Assembly (NCBI GenBank): GCA_040903985.1
Contig: JBBDUI010000002.1
Location: 518,038-582,037 of the forward strand
Reading direction: 5' to 3'
Source of the DNA: Candidatus Saccharimonadales bacterium
GTDB lineage: Bacteria > Patescibacteriota > Saccharimonadia > QS-5-54-17
Length of the DNA stretch: 64,000 bases
The notes under the pieces are model-generated. The model was not told the DNA's origin and searched no databases. It saw only the letters and a program-made list of their open reading frames with translations. Shown in pieces: positions 56,564-64,000 of this stretch (positions are counted from its first letter, which is position 1; each line of letters starts with the position of its first letter). The position numbers and the translations under genes were made by a program.

Positions 56564-57715
56564 ATGATTTACCTCGATCATGCCGCCGCCACTCCACTGG
56601 ACGACAGGGTACGAGCGGCCATGCAGCCTTTCGAGCAAGCTAGGTTCTTTAACCCGTCGGCTATTTATACGGCTGCCCGACAGGTGCGGGAAGAGGTCGA
56701 CGGTTTCCGGCGCCAAATTGCCGGACAGTTAGGCGCTAAACCAAGTGAGGTTATCTTCACTGCTGGGGCAACAGAGAGTATTAACCTAGCGGTAGCCGGA
56801 ACGACTCGCGCCCATCCAGGCTCTACGGTGGCGGTGAGCGCTATCGAGCATAAAGCGGTACGAGTGAGTGGGACCGGCTATGCAGAGAAAGTGATCGCAC
56901 TGCCCGTACGAAGTGACGGCCGCTTGCAGTTGGAAGAGATAGCTACTGGTATCACAGATGAAGTAGTGCTAATTAGTGTAGCGCTAGTTAACGGCGAAGT
57001 CGGGGTCATCCAGTCGTTAAGCAAGATAGCGGCGCTCCTGCAGGATATTCGGCTCGAGCGACAGCAGCGAGGGGTATCTCGACCGTTATTTCTCCACAGC
57101 GATGCCTCTCAGGCACCAGAGTATATCGATATCCAGGTACAAAAACTTGGAGTGGATCTGCTGACACTCAACGGAGGAAAAATCTACGGACCTAAGCAGT
57201 CGGGGATTCTCTACGTGCGGCACGGTATTGAGCTAGCGCCGCTTATCTACGGCGGCGGCCAGGAACGAGGCTTAAGGGGTGGTACTGAGAGTGTAGCTGC
57301 GCTGGCTGGTTTTGCTACTGCTCTAGAGATTGCCCAGGCCGGGCAGCGCTCGGAAGCGCAGCGGCAGACGGCCCTACAGCGACAGTTATTGCAAGGACTC
57401 AGCACTATTGCAGATACCGAAGTCAATGGTAGCCTGAAGCATCGTATCCCGGGTAATGTAAATGTCAGCTTCCGCGGGGTTAATGGAGAGATGTTAGTGC
57501 ACCATCTCGATACACACGGAATCCTGGCCGCGACGGGTGCTGCCTGTAATGCCGGTGGCACCGAACCCAGTGCTACGCTCATGGCTCTCGGTTGTGACAA
57601 GGATCGACTTACCGGCTCTTTACGGTTTAGCCTCGGCCGCAGCACAACTACGGCAGACATAAATACGCTACTGACCGTACTGCATGAGCTAGTGCCCAAA
57701 CTTCGCCAGCGGTAG
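56564..57715 (+). CDS. cysteine desulfurase (class V aminotransferase, NifS/IscS-like)
   Basis: PLP-lysine region LNGGKIYGPKQSGILYV and catalytic Cys loop ATGAACNAGGTEPS. Confidence 0.8.
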   Translation: MIYLDHAAATPLDDRVRAAMQPFEQARFFNPSAIYTAARQVREEVDGFRRQIAGQLGAKPSEVIFTAGATESINLAVAGTTRAHPGSTVAVSAIEHKAVRVSGTGYAEKVIALPVRSDGRLQLEEIATGITDEVVLISVALVNGEVGVIQSLSKIAALLQDIRLERQQRGVSRPLFLHSDASQAPEYIDIQVQKLGVDLLTLNGGKIYGPKQSGILYVRHGIELAPLIYGGGQERGLRGGTESVAALAGFATALEIAQAGQRSEAQRQTALQRQLLQGLSTIADTEVNGSLKHRIPGNVNVSFRGVNGEMLVHHLDTHGILAATGAACNAGGTEPSATLMALGCDKDRLTGSLRFSLGRSTTTADINTLLTVLHELVPKLRQR

Positions 57716-57737
57716 TTCGGTTGCTATACTTAGGCTT

Positions 57738-58310
57738 ATGCATTGGCTTTTATACGTAGCAGGAATTTTCCTCTGTCTCTTAGGTTTACTTATCGGGGTC
57801 GGAGTCTACATCTCACCGAAAGACGATCTGCGTCAGAGCGACTTAATCGTGGTGGTCAGCGGTGGCGATACTAAGGCTCGGACCGACGAGGCGATTAAAC
57901 TCTATCATGCCGGCTGGGCGCCGCGATTACTCTTTTCTGGAGCCGCTCTAGATCCGAGTAGCCGTTCGAATGCTGCCGAGATGCGGGAAATCGCGATTGA
58001 GGCCGAGGTGCCACCAGATGCGATCTTAGTAGAAGAAGATTCGGATAATACTCGCGAGAATGCCATTATGTCATCTCGGCTGATTGCAGCGTTGGAAGAT
58101 GAAATGGTGATACTGGTAACCTCTCCGTATCACCAGCGCCGGACTTTTATCGAATTTCGGAACCAGCTAGGGGAGACAGTAGAGATTATCAATCATCCGG
58201 CACCGGATGAGCGTTGGAGTCGTCGTTTCTGGTGGCGCACTCCTTATGGCTGGTATCTCACTACTAGTGAGCTACCAAAAGTGCTCTACGCCCTCTCCCA
58301 AAGTCGCTGA
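57738..58310 (+). CDS. DUF218 (YdcF/ElyC) family protein
   Basis: N-terminal TM, then LIVVVSGGD...RLLFSG and HQRR motifs of the DUF218 family. Confidence 0.6.
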   Translation: MHWLLYVAGIFLCLLGLLIGVGVYISPKDDLRQSDLIVVVSGGDTKARTDEAIKLYHAGWAPRLLFSGAALDPSSRSNAAEMREIAIEAEVPPDAILVEEDSDNTRENAIMSSRLIAALEDEMVILVTSPYHQRRTFIEFRNQLGETVEIINHPAPDERWSRRFWWRTPYGWYLTTSELPKVLYALSQSR

Positions 58311-58524
58311 TCGTCAACGGCCATAAAGCGTTAGAGCGGCTCAGAAGTGGAGACTACCTACTCTATTTTTAAACAATGGGTGTCCCTGCAGGCAGTGGCA
58401 AGATGACTCAAATAGTGCTGGTGGAAAAAGGGATAGAGGTATACTCGCCAGGTAGACTTGCAAATCTGTGATGACGTTGTAAAACTCCTTACCCCTTCTT
58501 GAAGCCCAGAACATCACCAAATCG

Positions 58525-58566
58525 TCTTCAAAAAGTGTCCGATCGGACACTTTTTGAAGATAGTTG
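58525..58566. repeat. 36-bp perfect palindrome (+tagttg), copy 2
   Basis: Identical to 25392-25433. Confidence 0.85.
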
Positions 58567-58586
58567 AGTGTAGCCAGGATAAGCCT

Positions 58587-58644
58587 GGGGATAAGTCTGT
58601 GGGGGTGTGGTGGGGCGTGGGGTGGCTTGAGAGGTAGGGAAGGG
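58587..58644 (+). other. G-tract cluster (GGGG, GGGGG, GGGG, GGGG, GGG runs) - potential G-quadruplex-forming sequence upstream of mnmA
   Basis: Sequence ggggataagtctgtgggggtgtggtggggcgtggggtggcttgagaggtagggaaggg lies within a 350-bp non-coding gap. Confidence 0.35.
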
Positions 58645-58661
58645 CTACAATAGAGGTCGTT

Positions 58662-59747
58662 ATGAAGAAGATATTTGTCGGTATGAGTGGCGGGGTGGAC
58701 AGTTCGGTAGCTGCTGCATTGCTGCAGCGCGACGGGTACGAGGTGACAGGTGTTTATATGAAGAACTGGACTCAGGATGTCGGCGGGATCGAGTGCTCAT
58801 GGCAGCAGGATCTATCCGACGCTCAGAGCGTGGCCGCTCGTCTCGACATTCCGTTCGAAATTTTCGATTTTGAAACCGAGTATCGCGAGCGGGTGGTCGA
58901 GTATATGGTGGCCGAGTATGAGGCCGGCCTTACCCCGAATCCGGATATCATGTGTAATCAAGAGGTGAAGTTCAAGCTGTTCTTGGAGACGGCTCTCGCG
59001 CGGGGAGCCGACGGCATCGCCACTGGCCACTACGCCCGCACCCGTAACGGTCAGCTCTATGCCGGAGTAGACGAGAGTAAGGACCAGAGTTACTTTCTCT
59101 ACCGAGTCAGTATGGCTGCACTCAGACAAAGTCTATTCCCTCTAGGCGAGATGCAGAAGTCAGAAGTACGCCGCCTGGCGGCGGAGCTAGAGCTGGCGAC
59201 AGCGGCGAAGCCGGACTCTCAGGGTATCTGTTTTATCGGCGAGGTTAGTATCAAGGAATTCCTGCAGCAGTACATCGACACCACCCCGGGTCCGATTAAA
59301 CATATCGATGGGCGTGTCCTTGGTCAGCACGAAGGAGCCGCGCTCTACACTATCGGGCAGCGCCACGGTCTAGATGTGGGCGGAGCGCTGCTGGACGCTA
59401 AACTAGGCGGCGGTTTACCGCTGTATGTTGTGAGCAAGGATATGGCTAGTAACACCGTATACGTGACGGAGAATCTAACCGCGCTAATGCAAGATGAACT
59501 AACAATCGATAACCTACACTGGATCGACACTATCCCCCAGCCCGATCATCCCTATCTGGTTCGTACCCGTCACCGCGGTCAATTAATCCCGTCCCACTTT
59601 ACCGATTTAGCCAAAGCACGGGCTCAACTTAAGCTGTCTGAGCCTGAGCGAGCATTAACTGCTGGGCAGTCAGCTGTAATCTATACTGAAACAGATCAGG
59701 GCCTAAAGGTAATCGGCGGCGGAGTAATAGCTGCTCTATCGGGGTAG
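58662..59747 (+). CDS. mnmA: tRNA-specific 2-thiouridylase MnmA
   Basis: PP-loop SGGVDSSVAA and Cys motifs typical of MnmA. Confidence 0.9.
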   Translation: MKKIFVGMSGGVDSSVAAALLQRDGYEVTGVYMKNWTQDVGGIECSWQQDLSDAQSVAARLDIPFEIFDFETEYRERVVEYMVAEYEAGLTPNPDIMCNQEVKFKLFLETALARGADGIATGHYARTRNGQLYAGVDESKDQSYFLYRVSMAALRQSLFPLGEMQKSEVRRLAAELELATAAKPDSQGICFIGEVSIKEFLQQYIDTTPGPIKHIDGRVLGQHEGAALYTIGQRHGLDVGGALLDAKLGGGLPLYVVSKDMASNTVYVTENLTALMQDELTIDNLHWIDTIPQPDHPYLVRTRHRGQLIPSHFTDLAKARAQLKLSEPERALTAGQSAVIYTETDQGLKVIGGGVIAALSG

Positions 59748-59905
59748 GCTAGCCCTTCTGTCTCGTCTCACTGTAGTTCGACTAAGTAAATACCTAGTAG
59801 CTGAGAGTTGTGCTGTATCGTTTATACTCACGATCGTGAGATAAACGATACAGCTTCCTACGAGTGGTTTTGCGCCAGGAGTAAAACAACGCTACAATTA
59901 CAGGG

Positions 59906-61789
59906 ATGAATACTCAGGAAATCCGGCGTAAATATTTAGATTTTTTTGCTGCTAGCCAGCACACCGTTATCCCGCGGGCTAATCTAGTGCCGCAGGATGA
60001 TGCCACTACGCTTTTCACCGGTTCCGGGATGCAGCCACTACTACCTTATCTATTAGGTGCGGAGCATCCGGCGGGCAGTCGTCTGGTCAATTCCCAGACT
60101 TGTCTGCGCGCCGAGGACATCGAGGAGGTAGGGGACAATCGCCACACCACCTTTTTCGAGATGTTGGGTAATTGGAGTTTAGGCGATTACTTTAAGCCGG
60201 AACAGCTACCGTGGTTTTTCGAATTTTTAGTGGATGTGGTCGGTCTAGATCCGGAGCGACTCTACGTTACTGCCTTTATCGGGGACACTACGTATGATAT
60301 ACCCCGAGATACTGAGGCAGCTGAGATCTGGCAACAGCTCTTTGCGAGCAAAGACATCGAAGCGAAGGTAGCAGATATCGGTTCTGAGGCCGACGGGGCT
60401 AAGCGCGGTATACAGACCGGCGAACGGATTTTCTATTATGATGGCAGTAAGAACTGGTGGACTCGAGCTGGAAATATCGCCTCAATGCCTGAAGGTGAGC
60501 CGGGCGGTCCTGATTCGGAAGTGTTTTACGAGTTCGTTGATATCGAACATGATGAGACTTTTGGTCAGCACTGCCACCCTAACTGCGACTGTGGGCGCTT
60601 TTTAGAGATCGGTAACTCCGTCTTTATGCAGTATGTGAAGACGGCCGATGGATTTGCTGAACTACCGAAACGCAATGTCGATTTCGGTGGTGGGCTGGAG
60701 CGAATTGCTGCTGCTAGCATGGATAATCCCGACGTCTTTAGCATTAGTTTGCTTAAACCCATCATCACCGGTCTAGAAGAGATAAGTGGCAAAAAATATA
60801 CAGAAGCCACCACAGCGATGCGTGTGATTGCCGATCACCTGCGAGCCTCGGTTTTTCTCGCTTTAGATGGCGTGGCACCGAGCAATAAAGAGCAGGGTTA
60901 CGTGATGCGACGGCTGATGCGGCGGGCGATTCGCTTCGCTTTCGATCTCGAGATCGACAATGATCTTATATCTCGAACGGTCCCCCTTATTATCACTGCT
61001 TATGAAGCTGATTTTTCAGAGTTAGCTGAGCGCAAACAGCAGATTATCGAGTTAATGATGAATGAAGAACGAGTATTTCGCCAAACGTTGCGTAAAGGGA
61101 TTAGAGAGTTTGATAAATTAGCTACGACTGCACTTAATGGCGAACTAATCTTTAAACTTTACGATACTTATGGCTTTCCACCTGAGCTCTCAACCGAGGA
61201 AGCCAAGCAGCGTGGTGTTAAGTTGTCGCCTAATTGGTCGGCTGAGTTTGAGACCAGTCTCGAGGAGCAACGCCAGCGGTCCCGGACTGCGACTAAAGGC
61301 CAGTTTAAGGGTGGCTTAGGTGGCGAAGACGAGATGCACAAGCAGTACCACACCGCTACCCACCTGATGTACCGCGCTCTACGTGAAGTATTAGGCGATC
61401 ATGTAGTACAGAAAGGCTCGAACATCACTGATGAGCGACTGCGGTTCGACTTCACTCATCCAGAGAAGCTGACGGATGATGAGCGGCAGCGCATCGAGGA
61501 GATCGTTAACCAGCGTATCGAGATGGATCTAAACGTGACATGGGAAGAGTTGCCGACCGATCAAGCACTAGGGCAGGGGGCGTATGGCGCTTTCGGCGAT
61601 ACCTATGGGGATAAAGTGAAGGTTTATTCGATGCAGGATGAAGATGGCGAAAAGTATAGTTTTGAAATTTGTGGTGGGCCACACGTCGATCGTACTAGTG
61701 AGCTCGCTAAGGGTGGTAAGCGGTTTAAGATTACTAAGGAAGAGTCGTCTTCCGCCGGTGTACGCCGGATTAAGGCCGTACTAAGCTAA
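59906..61789 (+). CDS. alaS: alanyl-tRNA synthetase (short form lacking C-terminal C-Ala domain)
   Basis: Class II catalytic core FTGSGMQP...TCLRAEDIEEVG, editing-domain motif HTATHLM...H, and CGGPHV. Confidence 0.85.
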   Translation: MNTQEIRRKYLDFFAASQHTVIPRANLVPQDDATTLFTGSGMQPLLPYLLGAEHPAGSRLVNSQTCLRAEDIEEVGDNRHTTFFEMLGNWSLGDYFKPEQLPWFFEFLVDVVGLDPERLYVTAFIGDTTYDIPRDTEAAEIWQQLFASKDIEAKVADIGSEADGAKRGIQTGERIFYYDGSKNWWTRAGNIASMPEGEPGGPDSEVFYEFVDIEHDETFGQHCHPNCDCGRFLEIGNSVFMQYVKTADGFAELPKRNVDFGGGLERIAAASMDNPDVFSISLLKPIITGLEEISGKKYTEATTAMRVIADHLRASVFLALDGVAPSNKEQGYVMRRLMRRAIRFAFDLEIDNDLISRTVPLIITAYEADFSELAERKQQIIELMMNEERVFRQTLRKGIREFDKLATTALNGELIFKLYDTYGFPPELSTEEAKQRGVKLSPNWSAEFETSLEEQRQRSRTATKGQFKGGLGGEDEMHKQYHTATHLMYRALREVLGDHVVQKGSNITDERLRFDFTHPEKLTDDERQRIEEIVNQRIEMDLNVTWEELPTDQALGQGAYGAFGDTYGDKVKVYSMQDEDGEKYSFEICGGPHVDRTSELAKGGKRFKITKEESSSAGVRRIKAVLS

Positions 61790-62310
61790 GTATCAAGCTG
61801 GGAGCGAAGGGCGGCGGCTACTAGGTCTTTAAACCCTTTGGCCTGTGGATCGGTGTCGACATTCCAGCGCTGATTTAGATCGTACATGTGGCCAAACTGG
61901 GGGTCCGCAAATTCATGACCAGCGAATTCAACACTGCGCTCGTAGCGCGGACGCATATGGTAGTGCAGGTGTGGCTTGGGCTCTTTCGCCTGGAAGGCGT
62001 CATTACCCAGTTCGGTCCAGTTGCACATTCGAGCTCCGAAGACCTGAAGCACAGCCGATTCCAGATCGACTTTTAGGTAGTGGAAGGCTAGAACTTCAGC
62101 CTCACTTAGATCCGCCTCACTATCTATATGTCGAGTAGGCATGACTAGACAGCGACCTAAGTAGCCTTGGTCACGCGAAACTAATATTTGCCACCCAGCT
62201 CGTCGACAGATTAAGCCATCGGTCTGGTCGAGCACTTCTTCGCAAATAATACAGCCCGGCTCCCGCTCAGGCGGTAGTGGTTGGTTGTGTAATGATTCTT
62301 TTGCCTGCAT
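61786..62310 (-). CDS. HIT family protein
   Basis: Histidine triad HLHYHMRP; Cys-rich N-terminus CIICE. Confidence 0.7.
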   Translation of the reverse strand: MQAKESLHNQPLPPEREPGCIICEEVLDQTDGLICRRAGWQILVSRDQGYLGRCLVMPTRHIDSEADLSEAEVLAFHYLKVDLESAVLQVFGARMCNWTELGNDAFQAKEPKPHLHYHMRPRYERSVEFAGHEFADPQFGHMYDLNQRWNVDTDPQAKGFKDLVAAALRSQLDT

Positions 62311-62377
62311 ATTTTAGTTAGTCTATCATGTCGGCCGGCTACATAACTCTAGTGGTTATGCTAAAATAGCCGTAGCT

Positions 62378-63643
62378 ATGCTTGCCAAACTGAAACAACG
62401 ATTTAATAAAAAACCGACCGATCGCCACATTGTGGCACTCGACATCGGTACCGAGTACGTTAAGGCGCTGATTGCCCGTGTCGTAACCGATGCTGAAAGC
62501 GGCGAAACTAAGGCGGAGATCATCGGTGTCGGGCGTAAACACCAGGGTTTGAGCGATATGCACTCTGGAGCTATCGCTGATATTGCCGGCGTGGTTAGTA
62601 ATTGTGACACTGCCCTCACTGAGGCGGAGAAGATGGCTGGGGTCAGCGTCGAGGATGCCGTCGTCGGCATCGCCGGTGAATTGGTCAAAGGCAACACTAC
62701 GACGATCAAGTACCGACGCTCGGATGCGAAGAAAGATATCGACAACCGTGAACTGAAAGAGATTATCGAGCAGGTACAACGGCGAGCCCTAGAGCGAGCC
62801 CGGGCTGAACTGGCTTGGGAATCGGGCGTAGAGAATATCGAGATTACGATGGTGAATGCCGCGGTAGTTAACGTTTCGATCGACGGCTACAAAGTGACTA
62901 ATCCGATCGGTTTTCAGGGTAAGGACGTCTCAGTTCAGCTTTTCTGTGCCTTCGCCCCAATGGTGCATATCAGTGCTATCGAGCGGGTAGCCTTAGACCT
63001 CAACCTCAATCTGATAGGGGTGACAGCCGAACCGTTCGCGGTGGCTAAATCGGTTGGAGCCGATGTGAGCGAGAGCTTTAGCGCCATCTTTATCGATGTC
63101 GGTGGAGGTACGACCGATATCGCTCTGGTTAACGATGGCGGCGTGGAAGGGACTAAGATGTTTGGTATCGGTGGAAGGAGTTTCACTACAGCGGTAGCAA
63201 AGGCTCTAGATATCGATTTTGCGGCTGCGGAGAAGCGCAAGTGTGACCTCACTACTGAGTCGAAAGACGAATCGGTTCGCAAATCCCTAGTACCCACCGT
63301 CAAGGTCTGGCTGAGCGGGGTGGAGCTGGCGCTGAGTGAGTTTACCAACATCGATCAGTTGCCGAGCAAGATTCTCCTCTGCGGTGGTGGTTCCGGTCTG
63401 CCTTATGTCCCTCGGGCGTTGATGAGTAAGGCTTGGCGTGAGCAAGTGCCGATAGCTCATGATATTGTAGTGGAGCACATCGATCCGGCTCAGGTTGATC
63501 GGGTAGTAGATACTACCGGCAAGGTTACGGATTATGCCTACATCACTCCGATGGGCCTGTTAAATGTCGGTTTAGATGCTATCACGGCCGAGCCACCGAG
63601 CCAGAAATTTATCAATAAACTTAATCAAGCGATGCAGAGCTAA
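62378..63643 (+). CDS. ftsA: cell division protein FtsA (actin-like ATPase)
   Basis: Actin-fold phosphate motifs VALDIGTEYVK and FIDVGGGTTDIAL, plus LCGGGS. Confidence 0.8.
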   Translation: MLAKLKQRFNKKPTDRHIVALDIGTEYVKALIARVVTDAESGETKAEIIGVGRKHQGLSDMHSGAIADIAGVVSNCDTALTEAEKMAGVSVEDAVVGIAGELVKGNTTTIKYRRSDAKKDIDNRELKEIIEQVQRRALERARAELAWESGVENIEITMVNAAVVNVSIDGYKVTNPIGFQGKDVSVQLFCAFAPMVHISAIERVALDLNLNLIGVTAEPFAVAKSVGADVSESFSAIFIDVGGGTTDIALVNDGGVEGTKMFGIGGRSFTTAVAKALDIDFAAAEKRKCDLTTESKDESVRKSLVPTVKVWLSGVELALSEFTNIDQLPSKILLCGGGSGLPYVPRALMSKAWREQVPIAHDIVVEHIDPAQVDRVVDTTGKVTDYAYITPMGLLNVGLDAITAEPPSQKFINKLNQAMQS

Positions 63644-64000
63644 TGAAGCAGATATATCTCGACAGTGATGACGAAATCACTGAAATCATCTCAAAACTAG
63701 AAGAGCTGAGTGATGAGACTGTGGCTCTAGTACCACCCAAACGTTCGACCGTACTGCAGAGCGTAGTTAATCTCAAGCTACTCAATAAAGCCGCTGCGGC
63801 CGCTGATGTCAGTCTAGTACTGATTACGCGCGATCCAGCTATCTTGAATGTAGCCGCTCAGCTTAAACTGTTGACAGCGCCTAATCTTGAGACCGAACCG
63901 ATTGTGCCCGAGCCAGCTACCTCAGCTCAAGAGATACCGAGCGATACCATCGATGGCACTATCCCTACCGAGTCTGATCTTAACAGTGCCGATAAGGCAG
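63643..64000 (+). CDS. hypothetical protein, 3'-truncated by the window edge (not FtsZ-like)
   Basis: The ATG overlaps the ftsA stop (taATG). The frame is open to the window end, has an acidic N-terminus and lacks the FtsZ GGGTG motif. Confidence 0.4.
   Translation, partial: MKQIYLDSDDEITEIISKLEELSDETVALVPPKRSTVLQSVVNLKLLNKAAAAADVSLVLITRDPAILNVAAQLKLLTAPNLETEPIVPEPATSAQEIPSDTIDGTIPTESDLNSADKA

Noticed and set aside
57247-57699. 150-aa minus-strand ORF inside the cysteine desulfurase gene
   Set aside because: It is antisense to a gene with clear PLP-lysine and catalytic-Cys motifs.
58341-58550. 69-aa minus-strand ORF in the mnmA upstream gap
   Set aside because: It has no RBS and would read through the palindromic element. 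It is more likely non-coding.
62339-63351. Minus-strand ORFs (146, 129, 138 aa) overlapping ftsA
   Set aside because: They are antisense to FtsA, which has intact actin-fold motifs. The translations are low complexity.

Overview
This window is about 50% GC, densely coding (roughly 90%) and mostly on the plus strand with tightly coupled operons. It is a chromosomal segment of a small-genome, Gram-positive-like bacterium. The gene content (short HrcA, FemAB, GlgA plus a GH57 enzyme, many 1-4 bp gene overlaps) suggests a Patescibacteria/Saccharibacteria-like (CPR) lineage; this is inference only and was not checked against any database. Backbone genes, in order: a DUF2207-like membrane protein, tRNA-Met, an HD hydrolase, tilS, ftsH, murJ, lepA and gmk. 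Then a CIRCE/sigma70-promoter-controlled hrcA-grpE-dnaK-(nudix)-dnaJ operon. Then a glycogen cluster (glgP-like, glgA, a GH57 enzyme, an APH-fold kinase), followed by a retropepsin-like protease, rimK and a DUF192 gene. A tRNA-rich segment (about 22-31 kb) carries 7 tRNA genes (Lys-TTT, Gly, Arg-TCT, His, Arg-CCG, Arg-TCG, Lys-CTT) interleaved with PEBP, cupin/pirin, FemAB, murA and small membrane proteins. After a TrpF-like gene and folD comes a cluster of an orphan response regulator, a PaaK-like adenylate-forming enzyme, an E1-like ThiF protein and a histidine kinase. The rest: umuDC, tRNA-Glu, pyk-pgk-tpiA, pcrA, nudix, rpfB-like, a PPC-domain protein, rsmA, a transglutaminase-like protein, metG-tatD, a cysteine desulfurase, a DUF218 gene, mnmA, alaS, a HIT protein and ftsA. 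No integrase, transposase, CRISPR array or rRNA was seen. The most unusual signals are non-coding. First, a ~105-nt structured element sits immediately 3' of three different tRNA genes and shows fully compensatory stem changes. Second, a duplicated tRNA-Lys 3' end flanks an inverted tRNA-like fragment. Third, long hairpins incorporate the tRNA CCA ends. Fourth, a GGCTTTAT motif sits ~45 bp upstream of three tRNAs. Fifth, a 36-bp perfect palindrome occurs twice, one copy next to a G-tract. Among coding regions, the PaaK-like plus E1-like pair, which has its own AT-rich promoters and sits between two-component genes, is the best candidate for an undescribed conjugation or modification system.
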